64,000 nt of DNA from a virus. The stretch lies in the IMG/VR virus record IMGVR_UViG_3300036770_000877, positions 32,001-96,000 of that record. One strand, given 5' to 3'. Positions within the stretch are counted from its first letter, which is position 1; each line of letters begins with the position of its first letter. Positions 41,103-48,947 of this stretch are shown piece after piece. The notes under the pieces were generated by a model, which was given only the letters and a program-made list of their open reading frames with translations, made no database searches and was not told the DNA's origin. The translations under genes were made by a program, and so were the position numbers.

Positions 41103-41900
41103 TTAGCCCTTTAGAGCCTTGAATGTTTTTTGATCAACAATACCAGTCTCTGGAAGACCTTTGGCCTTCTGAAATGCTTTTACAGCCTTTTCTGTTACTG
41201 GACCAAAGTCTCCGTCATCCTTAAGTTTTAGAGCCGCTTGAACAACTTTTACTTTTTGTCCTTTAGATCCAACTTTTAGATTAACAAACTCCTTTGGCGC
41301 AGCAGGTGCTGCTGGTTTAGCTGGTTTAGCAGGTGTTGCAGAAGTATCAGAAGATCCAACCTTAGACAATAGCGGTAGGTTTTCTTCGCCAGCATATACT
41401 GGACGACCCCAACCAACTACAGCATTAATTAGCTTCTTCTTGTTATTCTTTACATATGCACGAGTTTTCTCTACGCACATACCACCGTTACGCTGATCCC
41501 CTTTAGCAGTTCCTGAAGTATTTCCTTCAATGACTTGGATTGTTCCATCGCCATTATTTTTAATACAAAGACCTACGTGTGAAATACGATTTACTCCATC
41601 ATCTGGGAAATCGAAATAAATCCAGTCTCCTGGAGTAGGATCATCGTTACGAGCATCTGCCCAACGATTATTTTTCTTAAACCAATCAGACGCTGCAATT
41701 GTTGCAGCAGTTTTAGGGTACTTCTTTGGATCTAGTCCAGAAGTAAATGCACACCAAGAAACAAATGATTGGCACCATGGAAGAAAGTTTGCACCTGTCC
41801 ACTTTCCATACTTTGTCTCGTTGTCTTTAGGACCTTCAATAGTCCCAACTTCCTTTTTAGCAATTTCAATAATTGCTTCTAAAGATCCCTTTGTTGCCAC
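41103..41900 (-). CDS. Endolysin: CHAP amidase plus PG_binding_1 domain
   Basis: PWCQSFVSW, SHVGL, IEGNTS; C-terminal DGDFGPVTEKAVKAFQKAKGL..GIVDQKT. Confidence 0.9.
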   Translation of the reverse strand: MATKGSLEAIIEIAKKEVGTIEGPKDNETKYGKWTGANFLPWCQSFVSWCAFTSGLDPKKYPKTAATIAASDWFKKNNRWADARNDDPTPGDWIYFDFPDDGVNRISHVGLCIKNNGDGTIQVIEGNTSGTAKGDQRNGGMCVEKTRAYVKNNKKKLINAVVGWGRPVYAGEENLPLLSKVGSSDTSATPAKPAKPAAPAAPKEFVNLKVGSKGQKVKVVQAALKLKDDGDFGPVTEKAVKAFQKAKGLPETGIVDQKTFKALKG

Positions 41901-41902
41901 TA

Positions 41903-42214
41903 CTACTTCACCGTCTTCTTAGATGCTGTTTTCTTAGCTGCTGATGTAGACGCTGCTGTCTGTAGTTTCTTTGTTGCTTCTGCAGCAACTGATGTTGCTA
42001 CACGACCAAATGCTGGGTCCTTCTTATTCGCCCAACGGATTAATGTTGGAACGGCAGATGACCAAAGAGCATTTGCTACTAGTAACCATTCAGATGCACC
42101 AAAATCAACTGGTGATCCGACATTAGCTGTTTGCATTACGATTACAATAGCACCTACTACTTGACCAGCAAGGTTACGTGCATATGAATCTAGCATTGCT
42201 TTATTGATTGACAT
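41903..42214 (-). CDS. Putative holin
   Basis: Two hydrophobic segments, RWANKKDPAFG, basic tail; adjacent to the endolysin. Confidence 0.65.
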   Translation of the reverse strand: MSINKAMLDSYARNLAGQVVGAIVIVMQTANVGSPVDFGASEWLLVANALWSSAVPTLIRWANKKDPAFGRVATSVAAEATKKLQTAASTSAAKKTASKKTVK

Positions 42215-42270
42215 ATATGTTTTCTCCTTCTAATATCCTCAATGGATATTATATATTGTATCAGATAAAT

Positions 42271-42367
42271 AAAAAATGAGCAGTTTACATGGCCATGCTC
42301 AGGGCCCTTATGCCCGCACTAAGCTATCCGCAAGAAAGGTAGAACGGAAAGTAACACGGCGGTGCAC
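42271..42367 (-). ncRNA. Candidate ~95-nt small RNA (anti-SD loop plus 3' pseudoknot)
   Basis: Own -10 TATAAT (42374-42379); hairpin with loop UCUACCUUUCUU; H-type pseudoknot GGCC-CUGAGCAU-GGCC..AAACUGCUCA; U-tract. Confidence 0.55.
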
Positions 42368-42381
42368 ATATTAATTATAGC

Positions 42382-42804
42382 CTATTTTATTTTAATTTGT
42401 CTAGGCTTTTTCTCTTCTGGAATTTCTCTTTTTAGAACTACATAGAGAATTCCATCATTGTAGTCAGCAGAATCTACTTCCCAATACTCCCAAAGAGTAA
42501 TAGTTTTAGCAAACTTCCGAGTTGCAATACCCTTATGTAGGTACTTTGGCTCTTCTTCCTGCTTTTCTTTTTCTCCTGAGATAGTTACAACATCGTCTTC
42601 GATCTTGATGGTTAGCTCGTCCTTTGCAAAACCAGCGGTAGCTAGTTCAAGGACACGAGTATCCTCATCGATTTCTCTGATATTAAATGGCGGGTATGAA
42701 TCCTGCCATGATGTTGCCGTAGTAGTCCATGTTTGATTCCATAACTGATCTACGAACTTGAATGGGTCATAAATGCTGACCATTGAGTTATTGTAATTTA
42801 CCAT
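42382..42804 (-). CDS. hsp20: Small heat-shock protein (Hsp20/alpha-crystallin)
   Basis: YPPFNI, LELATAGF, YLHKGIATRKF, DGILYV.L.REIPEEKKPR.I.I. Confidence 0.95.
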   Translation of the reverse strand: MVNYNNSMVSIYDPFKFVDQLWNQTWTTTATSWQDSYPPFNIREIDEDTRVLELATAGFAKDELTIKIEDDVVTISGEKEKQEEEPKYLHKGIATRKFAKTITLWEYWEVDSADYNDGILYVVLKREIPEEKKPRQIKIK

Positions 42805-42832
42805 TTTTGCTCCTTTATTAAGCGAGTTTAAA

Positions 42833-42859
42833 TTAGCACTCCCCGAAGCAGAGTGCCAA
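42833..42859. promoter_or_regulatory. CIRCE element (HrcA operator) upstream of hsp20
   Basis: TTAGCACTC-N9-GAGTGCCAA, one mismatch to consensus TTAGCACTC-N9-GAGTGCTAA. Confidence 0.85.
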
Positions 42860-43023
42860 CTATATTATATCATCTGGATAGAGGTCTAGCCAGTCTGGGC
42901 CATCTTCCCTATCACATCTACCATCATTTTTTTTATTTCTACTCATATAATCATAATATCATATGGAGTGATCAGTGCGCCGAAAATATGACACCCCCAA
43001 TAAATATGCCGTATAATAGCTAT

Positions 43024-43368
43024 ATGAACCTATACGATCAATTAACCCCCGTAGAGAAAGCCTACCACGATGCCTTGCTTTCAGTAGTAGATAAATTTGG
43101 ACCTTTCGATAAGGGCAGCGGATCTGTCTGGGTCGGATATGAAGATGGCTCTAATAATGAAAATGCCTCCATTGGAGTAAAATGCGGAAACTGCTCCTTC
43201 CATGTAGAAATGCAGGGGATGTCAGAGCTAGGATGTAAAATTTTATCCTTTAAGGTAGAAGAAAATGGATTATGTAGATTGGCTGCTATTCCAGATGGAT
43301 TAGTGAATGCCGAAAATGATAACACCGATAATGAAAATATGGATAAATTCTGGAAGGGCATATTCTAA
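43024..43368 (+). CDS. Hypothetical protein with HiPIP-like four-Cys motif
   Basis: CGNC..C..V..NGLC; leaderless ATG 6 nt after TATAAT (43012-43017). Confidence 0.6.
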   Translation: MNLYDQLTPVEKAYHDALLSVVDKFGPFDKGSGSVWVGYEDGSNNENASIGVKCGNCSFHVEMQGMSELGCKILSFKVEENGLCRLAAIPDGLVNAENDNTDNENMDKFWKGIF

Positions 43369-43748
43369 TGTATACTTATTACACTAAAATTGAAAATGTC
43401 GTCGATGGCGACACTGTAGATGTTTTTATCGATCTTGGCTTTAAGGTATGGAGATCAGAGCGTATTCGCCTTGTAGGGGTAGATACAGCCGAAAAGAATA
43501 CTCCCTATGGCAAAGCTACCAAGGCATACCTTACCCAACTTTTGGCGGGGAAGCTCGTAAAACTCGAAGTCTTTAAACCAGATAAGTACGGTAGATACCT
43601 AGGTAAGATATATATCAATAGCGATATTTCGATCAATGACCAAATGGTAGCTAAAGGTATGGCTAAGGGTTATATGGGAGATTCCAAAGTAGGACTTTGG
43701 ACTCAAGAAGAGCTTAATAAGACTACTATAGATATTACTCTGGAATAA
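43368..43748 (+). CDS. Thermonuclease (SNase-like)
   Basis: VVDGDTVDV, RIRLVGVDTAE, DKYGRYLG. Confidence 0.9.
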   Translation: MYTYYTKIENVVDGDTVDVFIDLGFKVWRSERIRLVGVDTAEKNTPYGKATKAYLTQLLAGKLVKLEVFKPDKYGRYLGKIYINSDISINDQMVAKGMAKGYMGDSKVGLWTQEELNKTTIDITLE

Positions 43749-44144
43749 AGTCATCTAGGGCAAGGAGAATTTCTCTTGCTATCCCGTCGAAATTTATTGA
43801 TCCATTATTAAAATACTTACCTGACTGTATAAGCTTTTGTAGCGTATCAGCTAGATATTGCTGTTTTGTCATATCCCGTCCTCCTAATTTATTAGACGTA
43901 GATAATCAATTATAAGTTATATAGTCATTATTAGCAAAATACTCTATATGCCCTGTTTATTTATATATTGGTATTTTGTTAATAAAATTTTAAATTTTAC
44001 AAAGGTGTTTTCGTATATAGCTATGGGATCCTATTTTGAAAATCCCCCCACCCTTTCCATATTTACCAAAATGTTAGTAAATTTTTAATTTGTATGATGC
44101 AGCATTTTGCGATGTCCGATTTGTCCTAATAGCGAGCACAGATT

Positions 44145-44160
44145 TGTGAGCAAGGTCACA
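44145..44160. promoter_or_regulatory. CRP/GlxR-type box
   Basis: TGTGA-gcaagg-TCACA, perfect match. Confidence 0.7.
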
Positions 44161-44208
44161 AAGTTTTTTTTCAAAATGTCCGATTTATCCGTGTTGTCCC
44201 CTTGAAAA

Positions 44209-44230
44209 TGTCAGACCCCTCTGCTAGACT
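44209..44230 (+). promoter_or_regulatory. PafBC/RecA-NDp-type promoter (first of 13 exact copies)
   Basis: TGTCAG-N10-TAGACT. Confidence 0.75.
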
Positions 44231-44279
44231 TTAGTCATAGAAAGTTGATAAAGGTTATCAACAAAGAAAGGAAAACAAA

Positions 44280-44492
44280 ATGTTTTCACTAAGTTATAAA
44301 ATTCAATCAAAGTCCGAAAGTAATGTGTTCGGCACTTGTCTAGGTGTCGTGTTCGATACCGAACAAAAGGCTTGGTCATATCTTGACCTAGTAGAAAAGG
44401 ATAACTACATCCTTGAATGTAATCTAAAAGAATTAGAAAACTACAAGCCTAGCAAGCGTGTAGTATTCGCTACTACTAGAAGTTGGGAGTAA
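44280..44492 (+). CDS. Early hypothetical protein
   Basis: AGAAAGGA RBS. Confidence 0.7.
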   Translation: MFSLSYKIQSKSESNVFGTCLGVVFDTEQKAWSYLDLVEKDNYILECNLKELENYKPSKRVVFATTRSWE

Positions 44493-44496
44493 TTCA

Positions 44497-44697
44497 ATGA
44501 ATGAACAAACTCTACTAACTAAAATGGGTTTCTCTACTCATTCCGCCGTTTCATCTTCTATCGTATCCGATGGGTGGGAGCGTTTTGCCACCTGCTCAAA
44601 ATGCGGTTTAGATATATCTGCCTTTTGGGTAGATGATGAAGACCGCCTTAGCGGTTGGTCATCTTGGAAAGCCACTAGTGGCTTATGCCAGGCGTGA
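44497..44697 (+). CDS. Early hypothetical protein (CxxC)
   Basis: ORF; its stop codon overlaps a CRP-like box. Confidence 0.65.
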   Translation: MNEQTLLTKMGFSTHSAVSSSIVSDGWERFATCSKCGLDISAFWVDDEDRLSGWSSWKATSGLCQA

Positions 44698-44804
44698 TAT
44701 AAATCACATCCAGCTCTCGGCGTGTCGCCTTGATATTGTCGGGAGTATCTGATAGTATTTACATATACAAATAAATAAATAAGAACCTAAAGAAAGGGGA
44801 CAAA

Positions 44805-45005
44805 ATGTCCGCAAATGTATATTCAATCGAAAACCTATTAGTAGGTAAAACCTATCGCTCAAATAGCCTAACAGGTGAAATAATCTCAGCCGAGCCTCAC
44901 CCTAAAGGTGTATGGTATGAGGGTTGCGATTCCTACTTAGTAGAAATCCGTAATGCTAATGGCGGTTATTCTTATCGCACAATAGCGGTAAAGGTAGGTG
45001 AGTAA
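44805..45005 (+). CDS. Early small beta-barrel-like protein
   Basis: AGAAAGG RBS; resembles 47793-48008. Confidence 0.7.
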   Translation: MSANVYSIENLLVGKTYRSNSLTGEIISAEPHPKGVWYEGCDSYLVEIRNANGGYSYRTIAVKVGE

Positions 45006-45007
45006 TA

Positions 45008-45166
45008 ATGAAAATCACTTACTCAATATGGCAGGGCTCTATTATCAAGGGCTCAGGATTCACCGCCTCTAAAATGTCGGAGGTCGCTGATACAATAAAA
45101 GAACTAAACGCAACAGACACTAAACCAAAGTTTGAGGCGTATATTAGCAAAATCGAACAGAACTAA
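45008..45166 (+). CDS. Early hypothetical protein (52 aa)
   Basis: MKITYSIWQG..; below the ORF-track cutoff. Confidence 0.55.
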   Translation: MKITYSIWQGSIIKGSGFTASKMSEVADTIKELNATDTKPKFEAYISKIEQN

Positions 45167-45184
45167 CGAAAGGAAAACTAAAAA

Positions 45185-45349
45185 ATGGAAATACAAATCG
45201 AATTCTCAAAATGGGGTTTTGGTTTTTACTCTGATTTTCTTGCGCTAGATTTTACTTGGGGTTTTCTTGGCTCTCTTGTAGTAATCTATTTCGTAAATAA
45301 AATTCTAAAGCGTAATGAAATAAAATTATTTCGTAAAAGAGTAAAATAA
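45185..45349 (+). CDS. Early small membrane protein (54 aa)
   Basis: GAAAGGA RBS; one hydrophobic segment and a basic tail. Confidence 0.55.
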   Translation: MEIQIEFSKWGFGFYSDFLALDFTWGFLGSLVVIYFVNKILKRNEIKLFRKRVK

Positions 45350-45350
45350 A

Positions 45351-45521
45351 ATGATGACTAGAAAAGACTACATCACCGCTGCGGATATTCTAAATCAAGC
45401 ATATCCAGAAAATCCCGAACTAATTTTAGAGATGGCTTCTGATTTCTCTGATTATTTCGCAAAGGATAATCCTAGATTTTCCCGCCCTCGATTTTTTGAG
45501 GCAGTAAAAAAGGGCTGGTGA
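45351..45521 (+). CDS. Early hypothetical protein (MTRKDY..DNPRF type)
   Basis: MMTRKDYITAADIL..FAKDNPRFSRPRFFEA. Confidence 0.65.
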   Translation: MMTRKDYITAADILNQAYPENPELILEMASDFSDYFAKDNPRFSRPRFFEAVKKGW

Positions 45522-45564
45522 GATAACTCACAAAACTGATCGGCGTGTCGCCTTGACAAATCTG

Positions 45565-45588
45565 CGACACGCCCGACAGCGGCGGGCC
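45565..45588 (+). repeat. 24-bp intergenic direct repeat, copy 1
   Basis: CGACACGCCCGACAGCGGCGGGCC. Confidence 0.95.
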
Positions 45589-45590
45589 TT

Positions 45591-45606
45591 TCGAACAGAT
45601 GTTCGA
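45591..45606. promoter_or_regulatory. Actinobacterial LexA SOS box
   Basis: TCGAAC-agat-GTTCGA, perfect match. Confidence 0.8.
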
Positions 45607-45751
45607 TTTAAGAGAGCCCCAAAATGTGGTGTAAATCACAAAACAAAATGTCCGATTTATCCGATTACTGGTCAGTAAATGTCAGTGGTCTATGGTAGGA
45701 TACTAGGTATCAAGATGAGATAAAGGTTATCTCAAAGAAAGGTGGTCTAAA

Positions 45752-45964
45752 ATGGCTACATTAGAAATATTCGAAATGAACGAAAATGGTGCTGGTTGGG
45801 TATCATTAGAAAATGCTTCACAATCTACAAAACTAGATTTGGAATTAGCAATCATAACAAATGCTCCCGTGCAAATGTTGTGCTTCAAATGTCATACACC
45901 AATTCCAAAAGGAAATGTGTGTTTCAATCATAAAAATGTGAGAGGTGGTATCTACCTTGACTAA
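45752..45964 (+). CDS. Early hypothetical Zn-finger protein
   Basis: CFKC..C..H; AGAAAGGTGG RBS. Confidence 0.7.
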   Translation: MATLEIFEMNENGAGWVSLENASQSTKLDLELAIITNAPVQMLCFKCHTPIPKGNVCFNHKNVRGGIYLD

Positions 45965-46063
45965 AGATGTTTTTGGATTTGAAAATGCAATTCAATTAGA
46001 CCATTTAACTTTAGAAGAGTTAAAAGAATTAGAAAATATTTTAGAAAAAATAAAATAATTTTT

Positions 46064-46136
46064 GGTGCGTTAGATTAGTGGTTAAATCACTACACTGTCA
46101 CTGTAGAGATCATGGGTTCAAATCCCATACGCATCG
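46064..46136 (+). tRNA. tRNA-Asp (GTC), CCA not encoded
   Basis: Cloverleaf: acceptor GGTGCGT/ACGCATC, D arm GATT/AATC, anticodon arm CTACA-CTGTCAC-TGTAG, T arm ATGGG-TTCAAAT-CCCAT. Confidence 0.9.
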
Positions 46137-46143
46137 CTAGCTG

Positions 46144-46167
46144 CGACACGCCCGACAGCGGCGGCCC
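46144..46167 (+). repeat. 24-bp intergenic direct repeat, copy 2
   Basis: CGACACGCCCGACAGCGGCGGCCC (one mismatch). Confidence 0.9.
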
Positions 46168-46176
46168 TGTGGATAA
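46168..46176. promoter_or_regulatory. DnaA box
   Basis: TGTGGATAA = reverse complement of TTATCCACA. Confidence 0.5.
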
Positions 46177-46216
46177 CTTTGTCAATACGACACGCCGTAA
46201 AAACGCTGGAAATTTT

Positions 46217-46265
46217 TGTGATTTCTAACACAATGTGACGCACAACACATGTGATGTGGCTCACA
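46217..46265. promoter_or_regulatory. Three tandem CRP-type boxes
   Basis: TGTGA-N6-ACACA (46217), TGTGA-N6-ACACA (46234), TGTGA-N6-TCACA (46250). Confidence 0.75.
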
Positions 46266-46350
46266 ATGTCCGATTTATACCTATTTTCGGCGGGAAAATG
46301 TCAGTCCCCCCTGCTAGAATTGTGGCATAGAAAAAAGAAAGGATAACTAA

Positions 46351-46479
46351 ATGAAAATTTGTTGCTTCTGCGAAATTGACTTAGATAATGACGCTAAGTT
46401 TTGCTGGAATTGCCTAGAGTATAAAGGCGTAATGTCCGTTGAGGATTTTGAAAAATACTATGGAGAAAGGATTTCCTAA
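46351..46479 (+). CDS. Early small Cys-rich protein (42 aa)
   Basis: CCFC..CWNC; AGAAAGGA RBS. Confidence 0.55.
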   Translation: MKICCFCEIDLDNDAKFCWNCLEYKGVMSVEDFEKYYGERIS

Positions 46480-46670
46480 TGTCAGATTATCTTGATTATC
46501 TAGATGAAATCTACGAGGAACTCGTAGACGAATTCGGTCATGAAATTGAAAGTAATTGTATTCATGACTAAAATGTGAGGTATCTCACACCGACACTAGG
46601 GGCTAAATCCCCCAAAATGTCAGCCCCCAATGCTAAAATTGTATCCATAAAATAAAGAAAGGAAGTCAAA

Positions 46671-46853
46671 ATGACTTACACGATTAGACTAGAAACCTTC
46701 AATGGTTCAGTATCCAAAATCAACCTACCTTCTAAAGGTGCGGTTGCTCAATTCATCAACACTTATCCAAATCAACTCCCTGTCGGTATTTCCGTCAAGT
46801 TTGATTGCGACTTGCTCGGTGTTCGTGGTGTTCTAAAAGGAAAGGGAAAATAA
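46671..46853 (+). CDS. Early hypothetical protein
   Basis: AGAAAGGAAG RBS. Confidence 0.7.
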   Translation: MTYTIRLETFNGSVSKINLPSKGAVAQFINTYPNQLPVGISVKFDCDLLGVRGVLKGKGK

Positions 46854-46854
46854 A

Positions 46855-47046
46855 ATGGAACTTTCTACACTAAATAAAATCAGCGATTTATTCAAGCAAC
46901 TAGAGGAAAAAAGATTTCCTAATAGTTCATCAAATAGCACGACCTCAATGGCTCGACAAATCGGCACAATGTCGGTTTTCGTTTCAGAAAAAAATGCTAA
47001 GCAAATAATTAAAATGTTAGAAAGAGAAATTGGAGAAATTGAATAA
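46855..47046 (+). CDS. Early hypothetical protein
   Basis: Coupled ORF. Confidence 0.6.
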   Translation: MELSTLNKISDLFKQLEEKRFPNSSSNSTTSMARQIGTMSVFVSEKNAKQIIKMLEREIGEIE

Positions 47047-47197
47047 TGAAAAAAAATGTTTTAATCTCGTATGTTGTAGAGGCTGATACCGACCTATCCG
47101 CTATCTTTGCTTTACAAAAATCCCTGCGCTATTTACCTGATAGCGAATTAATTAAGTTTGACGCTTTCGAAGTTCTAGAAGTAAAGGAAAATAAATA

Positions 47198-47467
47198 ATG
47201 ATTAGCACCGCTCTAAAAATTCAAGACGCAACACAAAAAGCCGTTATGGATGAAAACATAATGAAAATGGCAGGCTTTATTTATACTCATAGAAATGATG
47301 TTGATGACGAAATGATGGCTAAAATCATTTTTGAATATTCCGCAAATTTATCTGCTCTCGTTGCTACTTTGGTAAGCGAAGCAATTTTATCAGAAACCCA
47401 AATGAAAGAAATGATTTCAGAAATCGAAAGTTTTGAAAAAATTTCTAAAGAAGTTTTAGGAGAATAA
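47198..47467 (+). CDS. Early hypothetical helical protein
   Basis: AAAGGA RBS; TAATG coupling. Confidence 0.65.
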   Translation: MISTALKIQDATQKAVMDENIMKMAGFIYTHRNDVDDEMMAKIIFEYSANLSALVATLVSEAILSETQMKEMISEIESFEKISKEVLGE

Positions 47468-47601
47468 AATGACAACAAATAGAATTTTAACAACGCTGGT
47501 TCAATTAATTTTAGCTGGCGTAACAATTCCACTTTTAATTTTAGCGATTAAAGATTTTAAACACGATCTAAAAAATAGATAGTTTAATTTTCAACTAAAT
47601 C

Positions 47602-47625
47602 CGACACGCCCGACAGCGGCGGGCC
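47602..47625 (+). repeat. 24-bp intergenic direct repeat, copy 3
   Basis: CGACACGCCCGACAGCGGCGGGCC. Confidence 0.95.
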
Positions 47626-47792
47626 TGATTTGTCCGATTTACGGCATTATGTCCGTTTTGCCAGAATTTCCAGATTTTTTTGTGAAATTTATCACACGAC
47701 ACGCCGTATCAAAATATGAGATTACTTACGAGTAGGTTGAAAAATGTCAGTGGGTTTTGGTAAACTTGTAGGTATAAAGAAAGGAAAAACTA

Positions 47793-48008
47793 ATGCGTTC
47801 ATACTCAATTGTAGATTTGCTAGTAGACCAATACTATGCGCCTACTTCTCTCCGCCGTCGTTTCAACGGAGGTATCATAAACTTTGCGGAAAAGCGTGAA
47901 GATGTCTATTTATCTGAAGGCTATGAAGCCTTCGCTATTCGCTTCCGCCCTACGGGATCTTTTCAAGACCAATGGGCGACAGTTGCCGTCAGGGTTTCCG
48001 ACTACTAA
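47793..48008 (+). CDS. Early small beta-barrel-like protein
   Basis: YSIVDLLV.. resembles 44805-45005. Confidence 0.7.
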   Translation: MRSYSIVDLLVDQYYAPTSLRRRFNGGIINFAEKREDVYLSEGYEAFAIRFRPTGSFQDQWATVAVRVSDY

Positions 48009-48056
48009 ATGTCGGAGGCTTCTGCTAGACTTGTTCTATAAAGAAAGGAAAAGAAA

Positions 48057-48218
48057 ATGTCTGCTATAAAAAGACTAATTGAAAACATACTCGCTTGTGA
48101 TACCTGCTATGGAAAAGGTTTTATGGGTTGGGTTTCTCCAGACGGAGACTATGACTTTGAGTATTGCGATTGTAATCCTCATAACCTAGTTTTGGAAGGA
48201 AGCGAGGTAATTTTCTAA
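48057..48218 (+). CDS. Early Zn-finger protein (53 aa)
   Basis: CDTCYGKG..YCDC; AGAAAGGA RBS. Confidence 0.6.
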   Translation: MSAIKRLIENILACDTCYGKGFMGWVSPDGDYDFEYCDCNPHNLVLEGSEVIF

Positions 48219-48327
48219 TGGAAATTTTTCTCTGCGATAAATGCGATACTCTCGCCCAAGTATCCCGAATTGGTGATACAATAAAAATAACTAAGTGTGC
48301 TTGCCTAGCACTAGATTGGAAAGACTA

Positions 48328-48537
48328 ATGGACTACTTATACTCGCTAACTATCTCCTATGACGGAGAATTGGTTTCAACAACCCGCTCATCGGATTTGC
48401 TAGAAATAGTAAATGCGTGGAATAAATGCGTGGACTTTGGAGATGCTAAAGAATACGCAACCTACAATTTATCAGACCCTAGTGGTAAGATGTATACCAA
48501 GAATTTCTACAGAAATGGAGTAGTAAATGGGAAGTAA
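48328..48537 (+). CDS. Early hypothetical protein
   Basis: TAATG-coupled start MDYLYSL. Confidence 0.6.
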   Translation: MDYLYSLTISYDGELVSTTRSSDLLEIVNAWNKCVDFGDAKEYATYNLSDPSGKMYTKNFYRNGVVNGK

Positions 48538-48805
48538 TCTATCAACCGAACTATCAAGTGGGCTATTGGATTTGGATTTGGAGCAACAGATAACTATTCA
48601 GTTGCGTTCTAATCATTACCCGCCCGTTCCGTATTCAATGGTTTCAGTTTGTATTGAAGCGATTGACGCATACAACGAAGGCGAACACAATAAAGAAATA
48701 ACTTTGCCTGAAGGCGTAAGTTGGCGTGGAAAAAATTCTGCACCTGCTTATTCAATTATTGACGGGCACCACTTGTGGGATTGGATTATCGAAAGCGAAT
48801 TGTGA
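48527..48805 (+). CDS. Early hypothetical protein
   Basis: LRSNHYPPVP..CIEAIDA..HHL.DW. Confidence 0.7.
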   Translation: MGSNLSTELSSGLLDLDLEQQITIQLRSNHYPPVPYSMVSVCIEAIDAYNEGEHNKEITLPEGVSWRGKNSAPAYSIIDGHHLWDWIIESEL

Positions 48806-48842
48806 TCTAAATCATAAAAGCTGCGGCGTGTCGACTTGACAA

Positions 48843-48866
48843 CGACACGCCCGACAGCGGCGGGCC
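48843..48866 (+). repeat. 24-bp intergenic direct repeat, copy 4
   Basis: CGACACGCCCGACAGCGGCGGGCC. Confidence 0.95.
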
Positions 48867-48947
48867 TCAAATGTCCGATTTATGAGCTTTAAGTAGAAAC
48901 GCCGAAATTTTGTGGAATGTCAGTGGGTTATGCTAGACTAGTTTATT

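Noticed and set aside
42853-43023. N-terminal extension of the 171-aa ORF
   Set aside because: Overlaps CIRCE and promoter DNA; the leaderless ATG at 43024 is more plausible.
44802-44811. AAAATGTCCG as another motif copy
   Set aside because: It is the start codon context (Met-Ser) of a gene and lacks the ATTT tail.
46064-46167. tRNA plus repeat as an integration (att) site
   Set aside because: No integrase in the window, and the repeats do not duplicate the tRNA 3' end.
45565-48866. 24-bp repeats as a CRISPR array
   Set aside because: Spacing is 0.6-1.5 kb with genes in between, and no cas genes are present.
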